Below are positions 19,852 to 29,336 of a stretch of DNA of 64,000 nucleotides, piece by piece. Both the position numbers and the translations under genes were made by a program. The notes beneath the pieces were generated by a model, which saw nothing but the letters and a program-made list of their open reading frames with translations, did no database searches and was not told the origin of the DNA. Position 1 is the first letter of the stretch. The number at the start of each line of letters is the position of its first letter. Source of the DNA: Candidatus Tenderia sp. (GTDB taxonomy: Bacteria; Pseudomonadota; Gammaproteobacteria; Tenderiales; Tenderiaceae); contig JANOSY010000055.1 of NCBI GenBank assembly GCA_031416075.1, positions 9,156 through 73,155 on the forward strand, given 5' to 3'.

Positions 19852-20956
19852 AGCTTGGGCCTCCGGCAATCACGTTTTTAGTCCACAATTCACCGACAGA
19901 ATAATCCTCCAACCAAACAGAAAAATCCTTTTCCTCTAAACGCTTGAAGCTTGAGGCACCATTTTCTCGGTTCACCACCACAATATCCTCAATGGCAAAC
20001 TGATCAATCAAGGCGGGTGATTGAGTCGCAACAATCACCTGGGTACGGGTGGCGGCAGACTGAATAAGCTCCGCCAGAATCACAATGGCCGCCGGATGCA
20101 AACCCAACTCCGGCTCATCGATAATAATGGTGGACGGTGGCTTAGGTTGCAGTAGAGCCACAGCCAAACAGATAAAACGAATCGAACCATCAGACAAGTG
20201 ATAAGGCTGCATAGGGTAGTCCGAGCCTTTTTGTCTCCAGCTGATATTGACCTCTTCTTTATCACCACTCTTGCGCGGAGTGAGAATAAAATCATCAAAA
20301 AAAGGTGTGACCAAGCGGATTGCATCGATGATTTGTTGGTAGACCGCACTATTTTCCTGTTTGAGTTTTAAAAGAAACGGGCCAATATTCGCCGCGTCAG
20401 CTCGCAACACAGCACTGTCCTGCACAATTGCATAATTGCGCATACCCGCTGTTGAGCTGGTATCGTGGAAGTGATAAATCTGCCAGGAGGCAATGGCCTC
20501 ATAAACAGGCCTGGAGTATTTAGCGTCCGACTTGTTTTGCTTAACCTCCTCGGCCATTTTTGACTTGCCATCCTCACTATCCCCCAACTCCCACCATCCC
20601 GTTGAGCCACCACGGTAATAACGCGCTTCATCCTCAAGCGCACAACCATCACTTGGGGTGGAAACTAGCTTGAAGCGAAAGCCATGGGAGCCAAAACGGG
20701 TCTCGAACTCCATTTTATCTGTCACTTTACGGCCATTAAAAAGTAGATCCCCCGCCCCGCCACTATCCCGCACATAACGATTCAGTTCACCATCGATCAA
20801 TGACCTTAATAATTTAAAGAATGAGATGAGATTGCTCTTACCCGAACCGTTGGCTCCCACCACCACATTTAGGTTGGTCAACTCAAAATCCACTAGGTCA
20901 CGAATTGATTTAAAACCTTTAATGGTAATTTTATCTAACGCGTTACTCATACCCAT
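19844..20956 (-). CDS. ABC-type ATPase (AAA_21/AAA_15-like)
   Basis: GANGSGKSN, YHFHDT, LSDGS signature, IIIDEPELGLHP, ATQSP. Confidence 0.9.
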   Translation of the reverse strand: MGMSNALDKITIKGFKSIRDLVDFELTNLNVVVGANGSGKSNLISFFKLLRSLIDGELNRYVRDSGGAGDLLFNGRKVTDKMEFETRFGSHGFRFKLVSTPSDGCALEDEARYYRGGSTGWWELGDSEDGKSKMAEEVKQNKSDAKYSRPVYEAIASWQIYHFHDTSSTAGMRNYAIVQDSAVLRADAANIGPFLLKLKQENSAVYQQIIDAIRLVTPFFDDFILTPRKSGDKEEVNISWRQKGSDYPMQPYHLSDGSIRFICLAVALLQPKPPSTIIIDEPELGLHPAAIVILAELIQSAATRTQVIVATQSPALIDQFAIEDIVVVNRENGASSFKRLEEKDFSVWLEDYSVGELWTKNVIAGGPSYE

Positions 20957-20960
20957 CTCC

Positions 20961-22841
20961 TTAAATTGACTTCACGTCGGTAGCAGGTGAGAGCTGCTTA
21001 AAGATCTGCTCAACGTTGATCTTGACCGCGTCGGAGGCAAAGCCGTTGTCGCGGAACACCACGCGCAGTGGTTGATGCTGGGCCAGCGCTTTCACCAGCG
21101 CCTCGTTCACACCCGTATCAAAACAGGCGACCAGTGCGTTTTCATCGACAAAAAAGAGCGTCTTGCCTTGAAGGGTTTGTTTGTGAATTGGCAGCGCCAA
21201 ATCCACACCCCAATCCAACAGCACCTGAAACAGCAGGTCTTCGGCGCTGCGGTCGGGTTTAAGGTTGTCGATCTGGGCAAACAGATCGCCGTGCTGAACT
21301 TGGTCAGGGGTGTAATAGACATCAGCCATATTGGAGGAGTCGATTTTGAGGACACGGAAGCCGACATCCTTGTTCCAGCCTTCGTGGCATTCGCCTTCAA
21401 GGATTTCTTTACCGGCGCGGCGGATACGTTCTTTGCTGATTTCGGCGATGGTTTTGTAGCCTGCTTTGAATGCCTCTGATTTTTCGTCACAAATTTCAGG
21501 GAGCTGAACCATTATGAATTTACGATTACCACCATCTTCAGCGTTGAGTTGTATAACTGAATGAGCAGTCGATGACACACCTGCAAAAAAGTCCAAAGCA
21601 ATGTCGTTTGGATTTGTAGAAATTAGTGCAACTCTCTTTAGTAGCTCAATAGGCTTAGGTGTTTCAAAGACTGACACGCCATCAAAAAGAGTGTTCAATG
21701 CGCGTTTAGCTGAGTCAGTTGTCCCCACTTCTTCCGCCCCCCACAAAGTATGGGGAGTTAGACCTGCATTCTGCTCTGAGAGAAATACCTTTTGTCTGGG
21801 TACGTTACTGCCACCAGCCCCGAACCAAATACGGTTGTCTTCTATAAGCTGTTTAAGCTTGATCTCAGTAAAACGCCAGCAGTTACCTGACGGTAAATCA
21901 ACTACTCGGCCATTAGGTGTTTTAATTGAATAAAATTGACTTTTCGTACCATGACCTGCTTGAGCAGTTATCGCAACGGATTGCCAATCCCCCCTTAGAT
22001 CATTATCAGGATTCGAATATCGTGCTCGTGCTTCATTTGTAAGAGGAAGCAAATTTCTGACTTTCTCAAATAAAGTTTTTTCACGAGAAAAACAGACTAT
22101 ATAGTCATGATTTGTTGAAACCACTTTTCGATTTTCACGTGTTTTACGTTTTTGCCATATAAAAACAGAAACAAAGCTATCATCTCCAAATAGCTCTCTA
22201 CAAAGTGCTATTAAATTTGCCAGTTCCTTGTCATCTATGGAAATCCAGATAGAACCTTCTTCGCTAAGAAGATTTTTTGCCAACTTCAATCTTGAATACA
22301 TCATCGTCAACCAATCCGAATGAAACCGCCCATTGGCTTCGGTGTTGGCCACCAAACGATTGCCCTCTTCGTCTTTTTGGTTGGAGCGTTTTAGGAACTC
22401 ATCACTGTTTTCCGCAAAGTCATCCTCATAGATAAAATCTTTCCCAGTGTTATACGGTGGGTCGATGTAAATCATCTTCACCTTACCCAGATAGGTCTCC
22501 TGCAACAGTTTGAGGGCGTCGAGGTTGTCGCCTTCGATAAAGAGGTTTTTTGTGGTGTCAAAATCGACACTCTCTTCCCGGCAGGGGCGCAGGGTTTTGG
22601 CGATGGGGGCGTTGGCGGTGAGCAGCGCTTCGCGTTTGCCGGGCCAGTTGAGGTGGTAGCGCTCTTGCGGGCCTTCAACAATGGAATCGCTTAGCTCCTG
22701 GCGCAGTTGGTCAAAATCCACCGCCAGTTTCAGCTGACCATCGTTACCCTTGGCCTCGGTGATGCAGTTGGGGAACAGCTCGCGCAGGCGGGCAATGTTT
22801 TCATCGGTGAGGTTGGGCGAGTGCATTTTTAGTTTGTTCAT
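20961..22841 (-). CDS. mod: Type III R-M DNA methyltransferase Mod subunit
   Basis: IEGDNL, IYIDPPYNTG, PKP, LDFFAG motifs (beta-class amino-MTase); upstream of res. Confidence 0.95.
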   Translation of the reverse strand: MNKLKMHSPNLTDENIARLRELFPNCITEAKGNDGQLKLAVDFDQLRQELSDSIVEGPQERYHLNWPGKREALLTANAPIAKTLRPCREESVDFDTTKNLFIEGDNLDALKLLQETYLGKVKMIYIDPPYNTGKDFIYEDDFAENSDEFLKRSNQKDEEGNRLVANTEANGRFHSDWLTMMYSRLKLAKNLLSEEGSIWISIDDKELANLIALCRELFGDDSFVSVFIWQKRKTRENRKVVSTNHDYIVCFSREKTLFEKVRNLLPLTNEARARYSNPDNDLRGDWQSVAITAQAGHGTKSQFYSIKTPNGRVVDLPSGNCWRFTEIKLKQLIEDNRIWFGAGGSNVPRQKVFLSEQNAGLTPHTLWGAEEVGTTDSAKRALNTLFDGVSVFETPKPIELLKRVALISTNPNDIALDFFAGVSSTAHSVIQLNAEDGGNRKFIMVQLPEICDEKSEAFKAGYKTIAEISKERIRRAGKEILEGECHEGWNKDVGFRVLKIDSSNMADVYYTPDQVQHGDLFAQIDNLKPDRSAEDLLFQVLLDWGVDLALPIHKQTLQGKTLFFVDENALVACFDTGVNEALVKALAQHQPLRVVFRDNGFASDAVKINVEQIFKQLSPATDVKSI

Positions 22842-22866
22842 GGCGATCTCTTTTTTCAGCGCGGGT

Positions 22867-24126
22867 TTACAGCCCGGCGGCGTTAACACTGGCGGTTATT
22901 GTTTGGCGGCGTGTCTGCATCAGTTGCTGGATGGCGGTGATGCAGGCGCGGGCTTGGTCTGTTTGTTGAAATTCCTGGGCGATAATCGGTGCCTGTTGTT
23001 GCAGTGCGGTGGCGGTTTTATCCAGGGTTTGTTTCACCAGTTTAAAACCGATGCCGCACTGCTGCGCCAGCTGTTGCCAGCTGCGGGCGATGATCCAGTC
23101 GGGCCGATCTTCGCCGCCGATTTTCATCGCGGGGCGGTCACTCAGGCCGGGGTAGATGGTGGTGCTCATCAGGTCGTAAAACGGTGCGAGTTTGGGGCCT
23201 TGGCGGGTGAGCAGTAGTGATACGTTTTTACCGTGGGCGTCGGCATTGCCGATGAGGTAGTTGAAGGCGACCCAGTTGAGCAGTTGGCGCAGGTCAATCA
23301 CCGGCTGGATGCTCTGTTTGCGTATCAGTTCAAAACAGGCGGCCAGTGTGGGGCCGCCCTCTTTTTCATATTTAATTTCGGGCAGTATGGCCAACGCCTG
23401 GCAGAAGTCTTCCTGATGCAGGCGTTGGATCGGCTCGGCTGGCGAGCTGCGCTGGCGATCATAACGGCTGACCAGGTAGAGCCATTGGCCGCGATTTTCC
23501 AGTAGGCTCACCTGCGGGACATTTAATCCAACGGCTGCAGCCAGACGCATGCAGTAGGCTTCGTTAAAAATGCTATCCGGGTAGTGGCTGATAGCCGGTT
23601 TGAGGATGTGGCTGCTGGCGGCATTGCCTTGCGGCAGGCTGATCTGCTGGCCATCAAAATAGACCGGTAGTTTATTTTGCACCCCGGCCAAGGAGAGTCG
23701 TAGCTCCCCTTCCCCGGCCAGCATGGGCTGTTGTGGCAGTTGTTGAATCAGCTGCTGTAGTTGTTCCTCATCCAGCGGTTGATAACGACCGGGTTCGGTG
23801 GGTGGCTGTTGATCTTCGGGGTAGAGGCTGACGGCGCCGGCGCATTCACCACCAATGGCCTCTAGCAGGGCGTAGTCGTTTTTGTCGGAGAGGCCCAGTT
23901 TGCGGGCGATGGCGCTACGCAGCTCGGCCTCGGGCAGCAAGTTGGCAAAAAATGGCCGGGCGCTGTCGTCACTGTAGGGGGCTGCACGCAGCGGCAGCGA
24001 GAGTGAGAGTGGTACGGCCTGTTCATCGGCCAGCCAGGTGGCATGGTATTGAAAAACAAAACGGCGTTGGCCATCGAGGGCCAGTTGGCCGACGTGCTGC
24101 TGGTTGAGGTAGACGGCCAGGGCCAT
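22867..24126 (-). CDS. hipA: HipA-family kinase toxin
   Basis: Couple_HipA N-terminus (PLSLSLPL), SLAGVQNK, RLHQEDFCQAL, GNADAHGKN, LAPFYDL; TAATG overlap with upstream antitoxin. Confidence 0.93.
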   Translation of the reverse strand: MALAVYLNQQHVGQLALDGQRRFVFQYHATWLADEQAVPLSLSLPLRAAPYSDDSARPFFANLLPEAELRSAIARKLGLSDKNDYALLEAIGGECAGAVSLYPEDQQPPTEPGRYQPLDEEQLQQLIQQLPQQPMLAGEGELRLSLAGVQNKLPVYFDGQQISLPQGNAASSHILKPAISHYPDSIFNEAYCMRLAAAVGLNVPQVSLLENRGQWLYLVSRYDRQRSSPAEPIQRLHQEDFCQALAILPEIKYEKEGGPTLAACFELIRKQSIQPVIDLRQLLNWVAFNYLIGNADAHGKNVSLLLTRQGPKLAPFYDLMSTTIYPGLSDRPAMKIGGEDRPDWIIARSWQQLAQQCGIGFKLVKQTLDKTATALQQQAPIIAQEFQQTDQARACITAIQQLMQTRRQTITASVNAAGL

Positions 24127-24395
24127 TAGTCGGCCTCGCCATTGCGATTGTTTTGCCAGCCGCGTGGCTGAAGGTGCAGTTCCAGCCCAAGGCACTGGAT
24201 GACGGCCAGCACCTTGCCCAGTTCGGCGGTGGCTTTGCCGTTTTCCAGGTCGGAGATAAAGCGGGTGCCGACACCACAGAGGGCGGCAAATTCCGCCTGG
24301 GTGGCCCCCTGCTGTTTGCGGGTGGCGCGGACGATGTCACCGATATCCTGCGGCAGTGAAATTTTCCCGTACGGTATTTCTTTGTTCGACGGCAT
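24126..24395 (-). CDS. hipB: HipB-like XRE antitoxin
   Basis: IVRATRKQQGATQAEFAALCGVGTRFISDLENGK HTH. Confidence 0.9.
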   Translation of the reverse strand: MPSNKEIPYGKISLPQDIGDIVRATRKQQGATQAEFAALCGVGTRFISDLENGKATAELGKVLAVIQCLGLELHLQPRGWQNNRNGEAD

Positions 24396-24476
24396 GATGC
24401 TCTGCTTAGATTGTTCCCGTTCGGTAACTATAGTGTTGGTTGCGGCTTTAAACAAGCTGTTTATTCCCGATCAGTA
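24364..24476. promoter_or_regulatory. Three putative HipB operators
   Basis: TTCCCGTACGGTA (24364), TTCCCGTTCGGTA (24414), TTCCCGATCAGTA (24464); pseudo-palindromic, exactly 50 bp apart. Confidence 0.7.
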
Positions 24477-24511
24477 TTTTTTAAGGCACTAGATATCCCT
24501 CTTCGCACCGC

Positions 24512-24580
24512 GTAGGTTCGAATTTATTCGAACAATACTCTGTCGGTAAACGCATGAGTGCGAATAAATTCGCACCTACC
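24512..24580. repeat. GTAG-type REP doublet (REPIN)
   Basis: GTAGGTTCGAATTTATTCGAAC ... GTGCGAATAAATTCGCACCTAC in inverted orientation. Confidence 0.8.
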
Positions 24581-24609
24581 TGCCAGCTGATCAGTGCGTT
24601 CATCACCAA

Positions 24610-24650
24610 CCCTTCGACGGGTTCGGGACAGGCTCAGGGCGAACGGGGTT
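24610..24650 (+). repeat. CCTTCGACAGGCTCAGG..GAACGG-class palindromic repeat
   Basis: Related copies at 29287-29315 and (inverted variant) 29221-29245. Confidence 0.65.
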
Positions 24651-24652
24651 GT

Positions 24653-25327
24653 TCATTCTGTTTGCAGTTGCGCCAATGCCTCTTTGTGCTGGCGCAACTG
24701 GCTGTTGAGTTCGACCTTGCGGTTGAACTGTGGCTCTTTGTGCAGCCGGGTTTCAAGTTGCTCGCAGAGGCGCTGCTGGACGCGAATCTGCTGGATACGG
24801 GCAACTTGCTGTGGCAGCCCCTCCCCCACTTTGGCGGGTTCCGGCAGGTAGGCGCGCAGGAGCTGTTCATAGAGGCTGGCCAGATCCAGCGCTACGGGTA
24901 GTTCGCTGGTGGCGCTGTTGGCGGGTTGCCAGTCGCTGCTGAAATAGGCCTCGACCAACCACTGTTTGCTATCAGCTTCGTTGGGACGTTTGTAGGCGAT
25001 GGTGGTTTTGAGCTGTTCGCCATAACGCAGCTGGTAGAGGATGGGGATACGCACCTGTTGGTCGAGGGTGCGCAGTACCTCTTCATGTAGATCCGGAGTT
25101 TTGAGTTGCAGTTCAATGACGGCGATTTCGGCTATGCCATGTTTGGCGGGCAGGTTGATGGTTTCTGGCGCGAGGACGTAGAGCCAAGTGATTTTGTCGA
25201 GCTGGTTGATAAATAGGTCACGCAGCTTTTTGCCTACTTTGCCCTGCTGGTAGATTTTGCTTTTGGCGATCACCTTATGAAAGGCAGCTTGGGCGGGAAA
25301 ACAAAAGATAGGGCCTAGCTTATTCAT
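24653..25327 (-). CDS. DUF4391-like protein
   Basis: ITWLYVLAPETINLP, IAYKRPNE, KEPQFNRKVELN; coupled to the helicase by an ATGA overlap. Confidence 0.8.
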   Translation of the reverse strand: MNKLGPIFCFPAQAAFHKVIAKSKIYQQGKVGKKLRDLFINQLDKITWLYVLAPETINLPAKHGIAEIAVIELQLKTPDLHEEVLRTLDQQVRIPILYQLRYGEQLKTTIAYKRPNEADSKQWLVEAYFSSDWQPANSATSELPVALDLASLYEQLLRAYLPEPAKVGEGLPQQVARIQQIRVQQRLCEQLETRLHKEPQFNRKVELNSQLRQHKEALAQLQTE

Positions 25328-28300
25328 GGTGTGGCCGTCGCCTGCACAACCAGGAAACAGATCAGCTCAAAGTCATCCAGGCCGCTGATGGTGTGACGCA
25401 TGGCGGTAGTGGAGCTGCTGCCGGAGAAGAGGCTGTCGATGTCGCTTGCTTCTTTGAGGTCGATGATGGAGCCGATGGCTTGATCGAGCAGTGCCGAATA
25501 GAGCGCCATGTTGCGCCCATCCTGGGTGGCTTGATTAAAAATGGCACAGGCGGCCTGCACAGGTTCGCTGCGACCTTTGCTGGCGGCGCGGACTTTATCC
25601 AACAACAGTTTGACGTCGGTGTGGTTGACCACCACTTCTCCATCGAGCCCGATGTAGATCAGGTAGTAAGGGTGCAGGCGGTTTTGCTGGTTGATGTTAA
25701 CGCCGGAGTTGCGGTTGCGCAGCACAAAGACGACGCCGGGTGGCAGACCGCGTGCTGGGTCGGCGGGTAGTACGGTGTGCATGCCACTGGGCATGTTGGC
25801 CAGGTCGCCGTTTTGTTTGATGTAGTTGAGCAGGTCCATGCGAAAGTCATTGAGGCCGAGATCGGTGATGGAGACGCCGGTTTTCAGCTCTTCCATCTCG
25901 ATCACCTCTTCCTGCAGGCGGCGCAGCTGCTCCTTGCGGTAGGAGACGTCATTGGATTGGGTGTTGAGTACGTTGTCGTCAGCAGTAGCCGCAAGATCGG
26001 TAATGATCATGCGGTTTTCGACCCGCTCTTTGAGGTTGATGTACTCATCAAGGGTGATGTCGGGCCAGTAGTTGACCAGTTGAATGTACTTGTTTTTGGA
26101 ACCAATACGATCGATGCGACCAAAGCGCTGGATGATGCGCACGGGGTTCCAGTGGATGTCGTAGTTGATCAGGTAGTCACCATCTTGCAGGTTTTGCCCT
26201 TCGGAGATGCAGTCGGTGCCGATGAGGATGTCGATCTCTTCCGGCTCATTGGGCAGGACGATGGCCTTCTCTTTGGAGATGGGCGAAAACAGGGTGAGCA
26301 GTGATTGAAAGTCGTAGCCCTTTTTAAGCGTGGACTTGGGGCCATCACTACCCGTGACTTTGCCGGTGTGCAGGCCACGGGTTTTGTGGATGTGCTGGGC
26401 GAGGTTGTCGTAAAGGTAGTTGGCGGTGTCGGCAAAGGCGGTGAAGATGATGATTTTTTTGTTGCCGGGGTTGATCGGTGAGGCCAGTTTGCTTTCGATC
26501 TGGGTTTTAAGGTGCTGGAGTTTGGCGTCGTCACTCGGGGTGACTTTTTGCATCTCTGCCAGCAGGGCTTCTATCAGCACCAGATCGGCGGCCAGGTCGT
26601 TTTGCCAAGAGAGCAGATCCATATCGTACAGGCTGATTTTTATCTTGTTGCCGATGGTGGCGTCATTCAAGTCTGGTAGATCATCTTCATCAAACTCGGC
26701 ATCGGCAAAAGCGGTGGCGATATCCTCAAAAACAGCTTCACCGCCGGTGCGTTTGAACTCTGCAATTTTTTCCAATGTATTTAGGTGGCTGCGTTGCAGG
26801 TTCTGCAAGGTCATACGGAAGGCGTAGACCGAGCTTTCCAGGCGCTTGAGCAGATTGGTGATCATAAGCGCTTGCAGGCTCTTTTCCCGGTCGGCCTGTC
26901 TCAGCTTGCCTCTGCCACCCCCTACTTCGGTATCGTAAAGCGCTTCGTATTTGGCCAATCGGCTAGGCAGTATATAACTGACAGGGGCATAGACAGAGAG
27001 GTTTAATGATGAGAGCTGGGCAAAGATTTCGTTAAAGCCGATCACATCTTCACGCTGTGTGAGTGGGCTGTGTACCGAGATGGGTTTAAGGCGCTCGGGG
27101 AATTTGCCAATGTCGGCAGTATCGTAAAAGGTTTCGATATGTTTGCGCGAACGGGCGATGGTGACGCTATCCAACAGTTCAAAGAAGTCAAAGTCCAGGG
27201 CGTTGAGTATGGCGGCGGCGGTGCGCTCTTCTGGTGGCAGTGTTGACCAGTGATTAAAGGCCGCTTGTGCCTTGCGGAAGACCTCATCTATGCTTTTTTC
27301 GGTGCGCAATTTTTTGGTGAGGTTTTCCGAGTCCCCTTCGTAAGCCAGCGCCAGCTGGTTTTTAAGATCTGCAAAACGGTTGTTCACTGGCGTAGCTGAG
27401 AGCATCAGCACCTTGGTTTTTACACCGGCTTTTATGACGGCGTTCATCAGACGCTGATAGCGGGTTTCACGATCCTTATAGACATCGTTATTACGGAAAT
27501 TGTGTGATTCATCGATCACCACTAGATCATAGTTGCCCCAGTTGATGCGGTTGAGCGGCATGCCGAAGGATTCACCCGTGGTACGTTGCAGGTCGGTGTG
27601 GCAGAGCACGTCGTAGTTGAAACGGTCTTTGGCAAAGATATTGGTGGTGAGATTGCTGTTGTAATTTAGCCAGTTGTCCGCCAGTTTTTTGGGGCATAAC
27701 ACCAAGACTGATTTATTGCGGAGTTCGTAGTATTTAACCACGGCCAGCGCGGTGAAGGTTTTGCCCAAACCGACGCTGTCGGCCAGGATACAGCCGCTGT
27801 AGGTTTCCAGTTTGTTGATGATGCCGGTGGCGGCATCACGCTGGAAGTTAAAAAGTTTGTTCCAGATCAAACTCTCCTGATAACCGGTGCGATCATTGGG
27901 CAGTACGTCTTCGGAGATATCCTCCAGAAACTCATTAAAGATGTTGTAGAGCATCAGGAAGTAGATGCGTTCAGGTGAATTTTCGCGGTAGACAGAAGCG
28001 ATGTGGTCGCAGAGTCGCTCAGTGACATCTTCAAGTTTTTCGCTGTCACGCCAAACTTGATCAAACAGGCTGACGTAGCGCCCGGTCATAAGTGGATCAT
28101 CTATTTTGTTGACGAAGTTGGAAACGGCATCGCCTTGTTGGTAACCCAAATCAACGGCGGTAAAACCATGTAGTGGCATGTATGCCGATTCACTCTGCTG
28201 ATCCTTTACACAGATGAACTGCTGCATAGGGGCTTTGCTACGATTGGAACGAAAGGCGGCTTTGCGGCGCATCCAGTCGGCACACTCTTTGGCTATCGCC

Positions 28301-28605
28301 CGTTGGGTGAGTCTGTTTTTGAGTTGTATCTCAAATTCAGTGCCGTAGATGCTGCGCTCGCGCTCTGCTTTGGGAATCAGGAATTCGCGACGCTCTTTTT
28401 TGAGTTTATCTGTGACCTCTTCTGGCACGAAGGTGGGGGATGTAAATATGAACTCTAGCGATTCAATGCCCTCAAGCTCTTTTTTCAGGGCTTCATAGGC
28501 ATAGATAGAAAAACATGAGGCTGCGATTTTAAGGCGCGCCCCCGGCTTGATGGTCTGTTTCAGGTTGTCGCCCAGGAGCTGATTGATGTTATCTATAAAG
28601 TCCAT
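25324..28605 (-). CDS. SNF2-like SF2 helicase associated with type III R-M
   Basis: DSVGLGKT, DESH, SATP, SEGQNLQ, WNPVRIIQRFGRIDRIG. Confidence 0.92.
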   Translation of the reverse strand: MDFIDNINQLLGDNLKQTIKPGARLKIAASCFSIYAYEALKKELEGIESLEFIFTSPTFVPEEVTDKLKKERREFLIPKAERERSIYGTEFEIQLKNRLTQRAIAKECADWMRRKAAFRSNRSKAPMQQFICVKDQQSESAYMPLHGFTAVDLGYQQGDAVSNFVNKIDDPLMTGRYVSLFDQVWRDSEKLEDVTERLCDHIASVYRENSPERIYFLMLYNIFNEFLEDISEDVLPNDRTGYQESLIWNKLFNFQRDAATGIINKLETYSGCILADSVGLGKTFTALAVVKYYELRNKSVLVLCPKKLADNWLNYNSNLTTNIFAKDRFNYDVLCHTDLQRTTGESFGMPLNRINWGNYDLVVIDESHNFRNNDVYKDRETRYQRLMNAVIKAGVKTKVLMLSATPVNNRFADLKNQLALAYEGDSENLTKKLRTEKSIDEVFRKAQAAFNHWSTLPPEERTAAAILNALDFDFFELLDSVTIARSRKHIETFYDTADIGKFPERLKPISVHSPLTQREDVIGFNEIFAQLSSLNLSVYAPVSYILPSRLAKYEALYDTEVGGGRGKLRQADREKSLQALMITNLLKRLESSVYAFRMTLQNLQRSHLNTLEKIAEFKRTGGEAVFEDIATAFADAEFDEDDLPDLNDATIGNKIKISLYDMDLLSWQNDLAADLVLIEALLAEMQKVTPSDDAKLQHLKTQIESKLASPINPGNKKIIIFTAFADTANYLYDNLAQHIHKTRGLHTGKVTGSDGPKSTLKKGYDFQSLLTLFSPISKEKAIVLPNEPEEIDILIGTDCISEGQNLQDGDYLINYDIHWNPVRIIQRFGRIDRIGSKNKYIQLVNYWPDITLDEYINLKERVENRMIITDLAATADDNVLNTQSNDVSYRKEQLRRLQEEVIEMEELKTGVSITDLGLNDFRMDLLNYIKQNGDLANMPSGMHTVLPADPARGLPPGVVFVLRNRNSGVNINQQNRLHPYYLIYIGLDGEVVVNHTDVKLLLDKVRAASKGRSEPVQAACAIFNQATQDGRNMALYSALLDQAIGSIIDLKEASDIDSLFSGSSSTTAMRHTISGLDDFELICFLVVQATATP

Positions 28606-28737
28606 GATTCATTCCTTAAAACATCCTGCCCTGACGCCAATATCAACTTCTCCACACCATACTACGTGGCCCTGTGTCTGAGCCACAACTGAAACTCGGT
28701 CCCTTGCAGCCTGTAACAGCCTCGCTACAGAGTGCCC

Positions 28738-29150
28738 TCACCCAACAAACATTTTCCAATAAATATTCACTATCTGTTCTTCATTCCACACATACGAAAG
28801 ATGCGCTCCCTGTTTGGGGATGCTGACGATGGGTGGTCCTAGTGCGGCGATGCACTCTCCGCCCGTGCCCCTTGCCGAACGATAAACAATGCCCCAGCTG
28901 TTGCCACGTATGTCGTGCAGTGGTTTGACCACCTCGCCTATGTAGACACGCATAGCAATCCAGCCTGCATCCTTCTGGGTGTAGGTGTAGGCAAGAAAGC
29001 AGGCGCAGCTCTGTTTGCTCTCTCCGTAGCCGATCATTGGTGAGGGATTCTATATAGTAGAGCCCCATCAGGTCTACCTCCACCAGCCGTTCAAAAAGGT
29101 TAATGGGCGGGTACTGGCTTGGCCAGTCGAGTTTAGAATTCCACAACCTG
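28738..29150 (-). pseudogene. RES-domain toxin remnant (frameshifted, internally deleted)
   Basis: SQYPPINLFERL..IESLTNDRLR in one frame; RVY..LHDIRG..WGIVYRSAR..GECIA..QGAHLSYVWN in another. Confidence 0.75.
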
Positions 29151-29220
29151 ACCCCTGCTTTTGGATTTAGGAAACCTCTGAATAACTCTTCCTCACCCAA
29201 AATACTTCGTGGGGCAGACT

Positions 29221-29315
29221 CTTCGTGGTGAGCTTGTCGAACCATTAATGGAGGGATCTTAATAGTCAATATGTTACGTCACCAGTCCTTCGACAGGCTC
29301 AGGACGAACGGGGTT
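29221..29315. repeat. Inverted pair of CCTTCGACARGCTCA-class repeats
   Basis: TTCGTGGTGAGCTTGTCGAACCA ... CCTTCGACAGGCTCAGGACGAACGG. Confidence 0.65.
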
Positions 29316-29336
29316 GCTCAGAGGCTCTTTAGCCGA

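Noticed and set aside
20961-22841. Phase-variable simple repeats in mod
   Set aside because: No long homopolymer or tandem tract seen in the gene or its leader.
28640-28665. TCTCCACACCA as the far att site of the defence island
   Set aside because: Match to the tmRNA end is too short and has no arm-type repeats nearby.
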